Source of the DNA: Candidatus Bathyarchaeota archaeon
GTDB lineage: Archaea; Thermoproteota; Bathyarchaeia; 40CM-2-53-6
Assembly (NCBI GenBank): GCA_963783645.1
Contig: CAWAOH010000010.1
Coordinates: 102,013-166,012 of the forward strand
Length of the DNA: 64,000 nucleotides
Direction of reading: 5' to 3'
In this document: piece after piece, positions 1-9,752 of the stretch
Numbering within the stretch: the first letter of the stretch is position 1
How the letters are laid out: each line of letters opens with the position of its first letter
The notes under the pieces: generated by a model
Told to the model about the DNA's origin: nothing
Databases searched by the model: none
The model's input: only the letters and a program-made list of their open reading frames with translations
Made by a program: the position numbers and the translations under genes

Positions 1-121
1 CCATATGACATCAGAGTCTGCTATTAATCTGAAGGAGCGGTAATAGGCTGTCTGAAAACGTTTTTATTAGGCAGCGGGGATGACCCGTTTGAAATTTGAC
101 TAGATTAGGCTGTGCTCTTGA

Positions 122-778
122 TTGCCACTTGCTAAGGATGAAGTTGCTAGGGCACTAGGTGAGTTACGACAGAATCTAGTGAAGCGGAAATTTTCTCAGT
201 CAATCGAGCTTGTTGTGAAGCTACGGGAAGTTGATCTGAAGAGACCTGAAAACAGAATAAATGAAACGATTCCGCTCCCTAATCCACCAGAGAAACCTCT
301 CAAGATCTGCGTAATCGCTTCTGGAGACTTGGGTACCAGAGCTAAAACAGCCGGCGCAGACCTGCTCGTTAGCAGAAACGATATTGAAAATTTGGGTAAG
401 GATAAGAAAGCCGCCCGGAAATTAGCCCAAGAGTACGACTTCTTCATTGCTGAAGCTCCACTCATGCCACTTGTCGGTAGAGCTTTAGGTTCATTTCTCG
501 GTCCTAGAGGCAAGATGCCCACTCCGGTTCCTCCGACAGCTCCTATCGAACAGATCGTGTCTGGTCACCGTAAGATGGTTAGAGTTCGAATGAGAGAACA
601 ACCCGTCCTACAGTGCCGAGTGGGAACGGAGAGTATGCCGGACGACAAACTTGCTGAGAATATTCAGGCGGTGTTTACCCGAATCGAGGAGAAACTTGAA
701 CGCGGCGTTAAGAACGTTGGGGAGATTCTGGTCAAGACAACAATGAGTAAGCCAGTGAAGATCAACATTACAAAGTGA
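122..778 (+). CDS. rpl1: 50S ribosomal protein L1 (uL1)
   Basis: 218-aa ORF with TTG start and uL1-like sequence. Its TGA stop overlaps the GTG start of the next gene. Canonical archaeal L1-P0-P1 order. Confidence 0.9.
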   Translation: MPLAKDEVARALGELRQNLVKRKFSQSIELVVKLREVDLKRPENRINETIPLPNPPEKPLKICVIASGDLGTRAKTAGADLLVSRNDIENLGKDKKAARKLAQEYDFFIAEAPLMPLVGRALGSFLGPRGKMPTPVPPTAPIEQIVSGHRKMVRVRMREQPVLQCRVGTESMPDDKLAENIQAVFTRIEEKLERGVKNVGEILVKTTMSKPVKINITK

Positions 779-1692
779 CTAACATGCTAACTCGACAAGT
801 TGCCGTCTGGAAGAAGGAAATCTTCTCCGACCTTCAGACCCTACTAAGGGAATACTCTGTCGTGGCTGTTGCGGATCTGCAAAAGGTACGTTCATCACAG
901 ATCCAGGAAATAAGGAAGAAACTACGAGGAAAAGCAGAACTCGTAGTTGCAAAGAACACAATTCTCCAGAAGGCATCGGAGGAACTTGCGAGTGAGAAAG
1001 CGAACGTGGATAAATTCGCTAAGTCTCTATCCGGATCTAAAGTTCTGATATTCACTCAGATGAATCCGTTCGAATTAATTGTCTTCCTGAACAAGAATAA
1101 GGTCAGAGTTCCTGCAAAGGGTGGTGACGTCGCCACGGGCGAGATCATGATTCCTGCTGGAAACACTGGTCTGCAGCCTGGCCCAGTAATTAGCGAATTC
1201 AACGAGGCGAAAGTTCAGACAAGAATAGAGGGCGGAAGTATCTTCGTGGCGAAAGATACCGTGGTGGCTGAGAAGGGTGATGTGCTCTCAACCAAGACCG
1301 CTTCGCTTCTTTCGAAGTTGGGAATGAAACCTATGGAAGCGGGGCTCACACTATCCTATGCTTATGATAACGGTCTCGTTATTGGACCAAATGATCTCAC
1401 CTTTGATCTAGACCAGATGAGATCACAATTCTCAACTGCCGCAAGGTTAGCATTCGGCCTTGCAGTCGAAGCCAACATCATGCTACCCGAAACAGCTCCA
1501 GCCATCCTTGGTAAGGCGTATCGACAAGCAGTTGCAGTCAGCGTTGAAGCAGGATTCTTCACGAAAGAAACTACGCCGAAGATTATTCAGAAGGCGTATT
1601 CTAACATGAACGCCTTGTCTCAAGCAATCTCTGCTGTTAAACCCGAAGCACTTACGCCCCCGCCGGTACCAGCCGCTGAAGGAAAAGGTTGA
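775..1692 (+). CDS. rplP0: 50S ribosomal stalk protein P0 (uL10)
   Basis: 305-aa ORF with archaeal P0 N-terminal and middle domains. GTG start overlaps the rpl1 stop. Ends in ...PPPVPAAEGKG without the acidic stalk tail. Confidence 0.9.
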   Translation: MTNMLTRQVAVWKKEIFSDLQTLLREYSVVAVADLQKVRSSQIQEIRKKLRGKAELVVAKNTILQKASEELASEKANVDKFAKSLSGSKVLIFTQMNPFELIVFLNKNKVRVPAKGGDVATGEIMIPAGNTGLQPGPVISEFNEAKVQTRIEGGSIFVAKDTVVAEKGDVLSTKTASLLSKLGMKPMEAGLTLSYAYDNGLVIGPNDLTFDLDQMRSQFSTAARLAFGLAVEANIMLPETAPAILGKAYRQAVAVSVEAGFFTKETTPKIIQKAYSNMNALSQAISAVKPEALTPPPVPAAEGKG

Positions 1693-1744
1693 AAAGAGGG
1701 ACATCGGGTAAGCAGAGGAACCCGCATCAAGATCGGTGTAAATA

Positions 1745-2038
1745 ATGGAATACGTATACGCAGCGCTCCTGCTCCATTCGGCAGGCGGAGAAGTCTCAGA
1801 AGACAACGTGAAGAAAGTTCTAACCGCAGCCGGAGTCAAAGCAGAAGAACCACGAGTCAAGGCACTTGTTGCAGCTCTATCGGAGATCAAGATAGATGAT
1901 GCTCTGAAGGCAGCACAGGCAATACCAGTTGCAGCAGCACCTGCAGCTACAGAAGCTAAGAAAGAAGAGAAGAAGCCTGAAGACGACAAGAAGAAGAGCG
2001 AAGAGGCACTAGCTGGTCTCGGAGCTCTATTCGGCTAG
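1745..2038 (+). CDS. rpl12: 50S ribosomal stalk protein P1 (aL12)
   Basis: 97-aa ORF with [11 protein letters not shown] start, Ala/Lys/Glu-rich hinge and the conserved C-terminus [15 protein letters not shown] stop. Confidence 0.9.
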   Translation: MEYVYAALLLHSAGGEVSEDNVKKVLTAAGVKAEEPRVKALVAALSEIKIDDALKAAQAIPVAAAPAATEAKKEEKKPEDDKKKSEEALAGLGALFG

Positions 2039-2062
2039 ATTTCTGCTTTCTTCTTCTTTTTA
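2039..2062 (+). terminator. T-rich tract after the stalk operon (possible archaeal oligo-T terminator)
   Basis: tttctgctttcttcttcttttt lies directly after the rpl12 stop and includes a T5 run at 2057-2061. Confidence 0.25.
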
Positions 2063-2157
2063 CCTCTATCTACTTGTATAATTCCTCGTCAGCGCAGCTT
2101 CTGAAAGATAGTTGACTTTAACAGTAGATGGCTACTGAATGCTCCGTGGCGTAACAG

Positions 2158-2325
2158 TTGTCAGAGGATTACATTGTCTGCCGTTGCGGAGCCCGTTTCA
2201 CCAACAATGATGGAGGCAAACAGTTGTATGATCGACATCAGGCTTGGTGTGGAAAGCAAGGAATGATCATCAATCAAGGAGCAAATAGAACAGGAAGACG
2301 AGCTGGGAGGCGTTCAGAGGATTGA
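2158..2325 (+). CDS. Small (55 aa) C2HC zinc-finger-like protein, hypothetical
   Basis: Hand-translated TTG ORF, too short for the ORF track: LSEDYIVCRCGARFTNNDGGKQLYDRHQAWCGKQ... followed by a basic tail. It sits in an otherwise empty 450-nt gap. Confidence 0.25.
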   Translation: MSEDYIVCRCGARFTNNDGGKQLYDRHQAWCGKQGMIINQGANRTGRRAGRRSED

Positions 2326-2496
2326 ATTTGTATCTCCAAGGTCTGAGCAATACATATGTAAGCGACACGCGGTGCTATCTTCGATGGGGCATGGCATCTT
2401 TTCTATAATTTCAGGCCCCTTGCGCTCGCTCTCTGCTTACGTAGAAGCAAATAGCTTTCTAACTTAGTTTGCTTCGTTGGCTGGAGGAATAGATTA

Positions 2497-5250
2497 GTGG
2501 AGATTACAGAGAAGGAATTTGCAGTTCCATTCTTCAAAGAGAACGGCTTCATTCGCAAAAAGTGTGTACGCTGCGGCAGCCATTTCTGGACCCAGCAGCC
2601 TGATCAGACTCTGTGCGGAGACAGTCCCTGCGTCGAGTATTCTTTCATTAATAAATCCCCAGCTAAACGTGCATATTCTGTTCATGACATGCGAGAGTTG
2701 TTCCTATCCTTCTTCGAAAAGAATGGTCATACTCGAATAAGGCCGTACCCAATTGTGGCGAGATGGCGCAATGACGTCTTCCTCGTAGGGGCATCCATCT
2801 ACGACTTCCAGCCCTATGTTACAGAGGGAATGATTCCTCCACCAGCAAACCCCCTTGTCGTAAGCCAGCCGAGCATCAGATTCACTGACATCGACAATGT
2901 CGGACCGACATTGGGGAGACATGATCTGATGTTTGAAATGGGAGGCGCTCACGCTTTCAATTATCCAGATAAGGAAATTTACTGGATGGACCAGACGATT
3001 AGGTACCACCATCAACTCGCTACTGAAGAATTCGGTTTGCGGTCTGAAGATGTCTCATATAAGGAGCATTTCTGGTCAGGGGGAGGGAATGCGGGACCTG
3101 ATGTCGAGTGCCTTTGCAGCGGCTTAGAAATTTCGACACTGGTCTTCATGCAGTACAAAGTCCAAGGAGATAAGCTCAGTAAACTACCCATTAGAACTGT
3201 TGACACTGGTTACGGGATCGAACGCTGGGCATGGCTCAGTCAAGGGAAACCAAGTGCGTTCCAAGTAATTTATGGAACAGTTCTGGACAAGATTTTCCAA
3301 CTAGCATCAGTAAAATACGATGAGGCCCTCGTCGCCAAGGTGGTCCCCTATTCTAGCTACATGAACACAGAGCTTGGGAACCGTATTGATGCCAGGAAGA
3401 AGGTCGCTGAACTCGTTGGAATGAATTGGCAAGAACTTGACGCAGCCCTTTCGCCGATCGAGAGTGCATTCACAGTAGCAGATCACACAAAGACTATCGC
3501 ATTTCTGCTATCCGAAGGAGTAGTGCCTTCAAACGTTGAGGAAGGATATCTGGCAAGGTTGTTGATCCGCCGAACGTACCGAATGCTCCGCCGACTAGGA
3601 ATCGAAGATCGAATGATTGAGATTCTCAATTCGCAAATAGATTACTGGGGCGGAGACTTTCCACAACTCATCACTATGAGGAATGAAGTGGCTGAGGCAA
3701 TCAAATCAGAGGAACAAAAGTACAAACGAACATTAGAGCGTGGTTCAGAATTAGTCAAGAAAATTTCAGGCGACTTGAAACGCAAAAATCAGTCGGTAAT
3801 GCCAGATGAAACGCTAGTTGAATTATATGATTCACATGGGCTAGTTCCTGATATAGTGAAGGAACTGGTTGAACCTCTGGGTTTGGAAGTGAATCCGCCA
3901 TCCAACTTCTACGCCATGGTAGCCCAACGGCACCTCGCCCGCAAGAGCACGGCAGTGGAAGAACCAATCGGCGTTTCAAGTCTAAAGGACAAAGTCGAGA
4001 AGATGCCAGAAACCGAAACCCTGTACTACAATGATCCGTTCCAAAAAGAGTTCAAAGGGAAAGTAATTGGAGTAGTGGATAACCAGTACATAGTCTTGGA
4101 CAGAACCTGCTTCTATCCAGAAGGTGGAGGTCAACCGGGCGACATCGGAGTCCTAGATACTACTCACGGCACAATCGAAGTTGTGGACACGCAGAAGGTA
4201 GGACGCGTTATCCTCCACCATATCGAAGGAAAGCCACCCGCAGTCGGCAGCACCGTTCGTGGAGCAATTGAATGGAATAGGCGTGTGAGCCTAATGCGAC
4301 ATCACACGGGTACCCACCTGGTACTAGGGGCAGCGCGTCGTGTTCTCGGACAGCATGCATGGCAGGCGGGAGCGCAGAAGGGTGTCCAATCTAGTCGAAT
4401 CGACATATCACACTACGAACGACTAACAGAGGGCCAAGTCAGAGAAATAGAACGTTTAGCGACTGAGGTCGCTTTGCAAGACATACCAGTGCAATCAGAA
4501 TGGTTACCTCGAGAGAAAGCCGAACAGACTTACGGATATGTACTCTACCAAGGAGGAGTAGTACCAGGAAGAGAACTCCGAATCATAAAGATCGATGATT
4601 GGGACGTTGAAGCATGCGGAGGAACACACTGCACAAGAACAGGCCAAATCGGAACCATAAAGATCCTGCACACTGAACGCATTCAGGATGGAGTCGAACG
4701 GATCGAATTCGCTGCAGGGACGCAGGCACTGCGAGCATTCCAAGAGCAAGAAATGAAGCTCAGAGGAATAGCCAACATAATTGAAGCACCCATCGACAAA
4801 GTAGATCACTACGTTCAAGCCATCGTAGACGAAAAATCGAAGCTTTCCCAAAGACTGACCGAACTAACAAGAGAATGGGCGAACCACGAGGCAGATCGTC
4901 TTCTCCAATCCGCTAAGACTATTGGGCAAGTGAAACTATGCGAATCAACCTTTACACGCGGTACCGAAGACGACGTAATCTTGGTCAATAACCTGATCGT
5001 CGAAAAAGACCCCAACGCCGTAACTGTGCTTCTGCTCGTTCAGGACTCAGCAAGAATCTTCGTTGGTGCTGGAAAGAATGCCATACAAAGTGGAGTAAAT
5101 GCTGGACAGTTAGCAACAAAACTCGCAGCGCTACTGGGTGGAGGGGGCGGCGGAAGAGACTACTTCGGTCAGGGCGGCGGTAAAAAAGCAAACGTTGAGT
5201 CAGTTACCAAGAATTCTGAGCTAATGCTGAAAACAATGTTGACCAAGTGA
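2497..5250 (+). CDS. alaS: Alanyl-tRNA synthetase
   Basis: 917-aa uninterrupted ORF with GTG start. Archaeal AlaRS N-terminal Zn-ribbon-like motif CVRCGSHFW, editing-domain HTGTH and CGGTHC motifs, and a Gly-rich C-terminal domain. Confidence 0.95.
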   Translation: MEITEKEFAVPFFKENGFIRKKCVRCGSHFWTQQPDQTLCGDSPCVEYSFINKSPAKRAYSVHDMRELFLSFFEKNGHTRIRPYPIVARWRNDVFLVGASIYDFQPYVTEGMIPPPANPLVVSQPSIRFTDIDNVGPTLGRHDLMFEMGGAHAFNYPDKEIYWMDQTIRYHHQLATEEFGLRSEDVSYKEHFWSGGGNAGPDVECLCSGLEISTLVFMQYKVQGDKLSKLPIRTVDTGYGIERWAWLSQGKPSAFQVIYGTVLDKIFQLASVKYDEALVAKVVPYSSYMNTELGNRIDARKKVAELVGMNWQELDAALSPIESAFTVADHTKTIAFLLSEGVVPSNVEEGYLARLLIRRTYRMLRRLGIEDRMIEILNSQIDYWGGDFPQLITMRNEVAEAIKSEEQKYKRTLERGSELVKKISGDLKRKNQSVMPDETLVELYDSHGLVPDIVKELVEPLGLEVNPPSNFYAMVAQRHLARKSTAVEEPIGVSSLKDKVEKMPETETLYYNDPFQKEFKGKVIGVVDNQYIVLDRTCFYPEGGGQPGDIGVLDTTHGTIEVVDTQKVGRVILHHIEGKPPAVGSTVRGAIEWNRRVSLMRHHTGTHLVLGAARRVLGQHAWQAGAQKGVQSSRIDISHYERLTEGQVREIERLATEVALQDIPVQSEWLPREKAEQTYGYVLYQGGVVPGRELRIIKIDDWDVEACGGTHCTRTGQIGTIKILHTERIQDGVERIEFAAGTQALRAFQEQEMKLRGIANIIEAPIDKVDHYVQAIVDEKSKLSQRLTELTREWANHEADRLLQSAKTIGQVKLCESTFTRGTEDDVILVNNLIVEKDPNAVTVLLLVQDSARIFVGAGKNAIQSGVNAGQLATKLAALLGGGGGGRDYFGQGGGKKANVESVTKNSELMLKTMLTK

Positions 5251-8140
5251 TCAGGATGCCTGTTGATTGGGGTAAGATAGATAAGAAATGGCAAACAGAA
5301 TGGGCCAATTCTAGATTATTCGATGCAGACCCAGAACCAAGTCGTGCAAAATGCTTCGTCACGTTCCCGTTCGCATACATGAGCGGTCCACTGCATGTCG
5401 GAAGCGGATACACCGCGGCCAGGATAGACGCCTACGCCCGATACATGCGAATGCGCGGATACAACGTTCTCTATCCATGGGCATGGCATTGGACAGGCAA
5501 AACGGTTGCAGGAGCCGCAGAACGTATCAAGATGGGAGACGAAGAATTCATTCGACCCATCAGAGAAATTGACGGCGTCCCCGAAGAGCATCTGAGAAAA
5601 TTCGTCGATCCGGTCTATATGGCTAGATATTACACTGACGCTAATCGTGACGCGGTAAAGAAATTAGGTTTGGCAATAGATTGGCGGAGGGAATTCCACA
5701 CAAGTTCATTGAATCCTGCATTCAACAAATTCGTAGTGTGGCAGTATCTTCGGTTAAGAGATCGCGGATACGTAATCAAAGGAACTCACCCAGTAGTGTG
5801 GTGCCCCAAAGACGAGAGCCCAACTGGAGATCATGACCGACTGGAGGGAGAGGGCGTTCGACCTGAAGAATTCATTCTCATGAAGTTCAAGCTGGGAGAC
5901 GTATTTCTTCCTTGTGCAACATTCCGGCCAGAAACAATCTATGGCGTCACAAACCTTTGGGTGAACCCTGATGGGGAATATGTGGAGGCTCATAGTTGAC
6001 TCGGAGCGCTGGATCATAAGCCAGTATGCCTCCGGAAAATTGCAGAACCAGCTTAAGCAGCGTCAGAGTTGTTCGAAGTCTGAAAGGTGCTGAGCTCGCG
6101 GGGAAGCAGTGCGAAGATCCTATACTGGGAAGAAAGCTACTAATTCTGCCCGGAGAATTCGTTAATACTAACAACGCAACGGGCTTAGTATACAGCGTTC
6201 CCGCTCACGCACCATACGATTGGCTTGCGTTAAGGGACCTACAACGCAACACTACAACCCTTAGCAGATTCTCAATCCCAACGCAAGATGTACAAACTAT
6301 CCAGCCAATTTCAGTCATTTCAGTAGAAGGTTACGGTGACTTCCCAGCAATTGAAATTGTTGACCGCATGCGCATCCGCGATCAGAACGATATGATGGCT
6401 GAAGAAGCAACCAAAGAAATCTACAAAGCAGAATTCCATAGCGGCATCCTCAGAGACAACTGCGGTCCTTACGCTAAACTGAAGATAGCTAACGTGAAAC
6501 AGTCACTCGTCGCAGATTTCCGGAAGAAGGGAATTGCAGACGTAATGTACGAATTACCGCAGAAGGTGATTTGTCGATGCACTACAGAGTGTGTTGCCAA
6601 GGTTCTAGAGGACCAGTGGTTTCTGAAGTACTCTGATGCAAACTGGAAGTCGATGGCTCACGAAGCGATCTCTAGGATGACGTTCTATCCGGAGGAAGCT
6701 CGAAGCTGGTTCGACGGAGTAATCGACTGGCTTCAGGACTGGCCATGCGCCCGCAAAACTGGCTTGGGCACCCCTCTACCATGGAGCCCAGACTGGATTG
6801 TCGAGACCTTAAGCGATTCAACGATTTACATGGCATACTACATGGTCAGCAAATTCGTAAATGCTGGCCTAATCAAACCTGAACAGCTGGAACCTGAAGT
6901 ATTCGATTACGTCTACTACGGCAATGGAGAACCGCAGCAGCTCGCAACGAAACTCGGAATCGAAAAGACCGTACTGGAACAAGTGAGGCAAGAGTTCCTA
7001 TACTGGTACCCAGTCGATTTGAGGAATTCAGGCAAGGATCTAGTCGGAAACCATCTCTGCTTCTTCATCCTACACCACGTAGCGCTCTTCGAACAAAAGT
7101 ATTGGCCTCGGGCGATCGGAGTAAATGGTTTCATGCTGGCAGAAGGCCGCCCAATGCACAAATCTCAAGGTAACTTCATGCCATTGTGGAAAGCCTGTGC
7201 CGAGTTCGGAGCCGACGCAGTCCGGTGCACCATATTGCTGGCGGCAGAGGGAATGGATGATCCAGATTGGCGCAGGGATAATGCTAGAGATCTACAAAGT
7301 AGATTAGAATCATTCCTTCGTCTAATCGAAGAGAAATCGAAGTATACTGAACACGCAGAGTATGGTCATCTCGAGAAATGGTTAACCAGCAAAGTACAAG
7401 CAAGGTCCAGAACTGTTTCCGAATCCTTGCAAAAACTGAAAACTCGAACGGCACTTTCCTCAGCCATTTACGATGTATGGAATGATTTACGTTGGTATGA
7501 AAGAAGAGCAGAGAAGGCCGATGCAACCGTCATCAAGAATGCTCTCTCTGTCTGGACGAGACTAATGGCACCGTTCGCCCCGCACTTGGCAGAAGAATGT
7601 TGGCAAATGATGGGTCAAGATGGCTATGTCTCAACCGCTAAATGGCCTGATTTCGGGGAAGTCGGGATAGACTTCCAGGCGGACGAGCTAGAAGGTATCG
7701 TGAAACAAATTCTCGAGGACACGCAAGAGATAATCACAACTACGAAGATTGTTCCGAAGAAGATCCACTATTACTCAGCAGCGAAATGGAAATGGCGAGT
7801 GTTGACTGAAGCATTGCAACGCGCGGATAGGCAACCTGAAACTTTGGACGGCCTCATTCGAGACATGATATCTGCAAAGGTTGCAGCACAGAAGGATCTG
7901 CCCAAATTCGCTGCGAAAATAGTAAAACAGGTAAGGACGATGCCTACAGATTTGAGGAAACGCAGGATTTCAGTGGGCGAGCTTGATGAGAAGGGCGTCC
8001 TCGCTGAATCCAAAGCTTTCCTATCAAGAGAACTGAGAGTGCCTGTTGAAATTCACACTGAGGACGACTCTGGCTTGTACGATCCCAAGATGAGGTCCAG
8101 ACTCGCTGAACCGTACCGGCCAGCTATTTTCATCGAGTAA
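5247..8140 (+). pseudogene. leuS: Leucyl-tRNA synthetase, reading frame broken twice (three successive frames)
   Basis: Track ORFs 5247-5999 (250 aa) and 6026-8140 (704 aa) sum to archaeal LeuRS length. The connecting peptide LIVDSERWIISQYASGKLQNQLKQ is readable only in the third frame between about 5989 and 6063. Confidence 0.85.
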
Positions 8141-8182
8141 TGGACAACTTTAAGCACGATGAGAGGGCGTAGTGTGTGAGCC

Positions 8183-8299
8183 GGGTCCGTAGCTCAGTCT
8201 GGATAGCGCTTAATCGTTAAGCGTCAAAAGCACAGGCCCTCTAAACGCTTAATGCGGGAGAAGCCTGGGGTCCGGGGTTCGAATCCCGCGGGCCCGCCA
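8183..8299 (+). tRNA. tRNA, probably Arg(UCU), with two introns (about 8207-8228 in the D-arm, about 8245-8262 in the anticodon loop) and encoded CCA
   Basis: Hand fold: acceptor GGGTCCG/CGGGCCC. D-stem GCTC/GAGC forms only after removing a 22-nt hairpin intron. Anticodon stem CAGGC/GCCTG, loop CCTCTAA, T-loop TTCGAAT, A20 and G73 present. Anomalies are C at position 33 and a T-stem 3' strand one C short. Confidence 0.6.
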
Positions 8300-8355
8300 C
8301 GTTCCACGCGTAATTGCCCTTCGCTAATGATCCAGGCGAAAATGCAACCAGTACT

Positions 8356-9354
8356 TCAAGTGGTCCCGATTCTGCTCAGAACACGGAGTGCAGTTAGCGT
8401 GATCCACTTGCTCGGCGGGCCCTTCCTTTCTAAGGCAAAGCGTTTTGGTCGCCTCTTGATTCGATACCCGGCTCCTGACCCCAAATCAGGATGAATACCA
8501 TCAACAGTCCAAGTGCCATCTGGTCGACGTTTCTCTTCTAATATTCGCTGAGCCGCTTTGAGCCGTTTATCTCCCGCATATCCGAGGCTAGTGATGACGT
8601 CTAGCCCTACGAGTATGTCATAGTAGTAATGGACTGGATAGTGGAACCTAAACCAGGGTGCATAGCGTCGATGCCCCTGTTTGAATAGGTTACGCTCGAG
8701 ATAGAATTCAGCTCCTCTCTCAACCGAACGTTTGATCCGTCGTGTCCACTTCCTCGTGGGCAGAACGGCGAATGCGCTGAGCCCTTCCCAACAGTCAAGA
8801 GTTCCCCTTCCGAAAGCTCGCTCGTAGAAACAATGCCATCCTCCGTCGTCCATCTGGTTGTCCACCAACCAGTCCAGGGCTGAGCAGACGCGTGGATCGT
8901 CGCCATACCCGCAGCGAAGGAGAGTTCTTGCAAGGTTACCTGTAAGACAGAGTTCGCTCCTCGACCACGTACTACTCGGGGGATCGAAACCTCCGTCAGG
9001 TCGAGAGTACTCGTTCAGGAAAAACTCGCATGGTTTTCTGATTCGATTGTCCTTAGCAGTTAAACCTAGGTCCGCGAGAACGATAAGTCTCCAAATAGTT
9101 GCAGAGTATTTTGGTAGATACAGATCCCTTCGCGATTCCCAGAATCCTCCCGGCTTTTGCGCCATTAGGATATTACACGCCCATCCGAATCTTGGAATAT
9201 TTGAATGGGCCTTCTGGACCTCCTGGTTATCCTTCGAATAGTCCAGCAAATCCAATAGTGTATAGTAACGGATAGCAGGTTGATTTGGTTCCAGCAGCCA
9301 TTCCAGAACCCTCTGATCCTGTCTCAACCTCAGCGCTGTCGATTTGGTTACCAA
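8356..9354 (-). CDS. Prenyltransferase/terpene-cyclase-fold (alpha-alpha toroid) protein, function unknown
   Basis: 332-aa ORF with repeated DGGW/DGGF/DGTW motifs and aromatic-rich repeats typical of squalene-cyclase/prenyltransferase beta repeats. Confidence 0.5.
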   Translation of the reverse strand: MVTKSTALRLRQDQRVLEWLLEPNQPAIRYYTLLDLLDYSKDNQEVQKAHSNIPRFGWACNILMAQKPGGFWESRRDLYLPKYSATIWRLIVLADLGLTAKDNRIRKPCEFFLNEYSRPDGGFDPPSSTWSRSELCLTGNLARTLLRCGYGDDPRVCSALDWLVDNQMDDGGWHCFYERAFGRGTLDCWEGLSAFAVLPTRKWTRRIKRSVERGAEFYLERNLFKQGHRRYAPWFRFHYPVHYYYDILVGLDVITSLGYAGDKRLKAAQRILEEKRRPDGTWTVDGIHPDLGSGAGYRIKRRPKRFALERKGPPSKWITLTALRVLSRIGTT

Positions 9355-9404
9355 CGATTTTCGCGTATGGATATTTTCTTTGAGCAGGACCGACTTGGCT
9401 GAAG

Positions 9405-9710
9405 CTATTGCTCTGCGAGCCTATACGCATCCACGATCTGCCAAATCCAGAATACCGCAGCATAAACAACGAGACTGATTCTGTAAAGTGGATATGGGTA
9501 TACCATCAAATTCGAAGCGTAGGCAGCATAGAGAGTTTGCCAGATCAATGCCAAGGTACCAATTACGATTCCTGCAACCAGTATTGCTGCTCCTCGCTCG
9601 CTTTTTCCGATATACATCTGACCAAGGCCAGGGACTAGCAGAGAAAGAATGCCGGCAGTCACTGGATTTCGATTTCGTTTCTTCGGCATAAACACTCCAC
9701 TCTCTTTCAA
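9405..9710 (-). CDS. Small membrane protein (2-3 TM helices)
   Basis: 101-aa ORF with hydrophobic segments and a LLVPGLGQMYIG motif. The start may be the internal Met (MPKKRNRNP). Confidence 0.45.
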   Translation of the reverse strand: MKESGVFMPKKRNRNPVTAGILSLLVPGLGQMYIGKSERGAAILVAGIVIGTLALIWQTLYAAYASNLMVYPYPLYRISLVVYAAVFWIWQIVDAYRLAEQ

Positions 9711-9752
9711 GCTAGTACGTTTTCCTGACCGCTTATCAGTCTTTGGATAAAT

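Noticed and set aside
60-121. Possible L1 autoregulatory mRNA structure upstream of rpl1.
   Set aside because: I could not fold a convincing 23S-mimic helix by eye, and the sequence offers no other evidence.
1483-1989. Long antisense or overlapping ORFs, for example 1483-1989(-), 14775-15329(-), 21507-22019(-), 32244-32762(-), 32696-33192(-), 37744-38459(-) and 63074-63541(+).
   Set aside because: Each lies entirely inside a well-supported gene on the other strand or frame and has low-complexity or Arg/Ser/Pro-rich composition. They are shadow ORFs.
5980-6075. Programmed +1 ribosomal frameshifting as an explanation for the many +1 breaks.
   Set aside because: The sites share no slippery or stop-adjacent motif. 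Only lysY shifts exactly at a stop codon. Some breaks are -1, and they also occur in obvious relics and next to a tRNA stem that is one base short.
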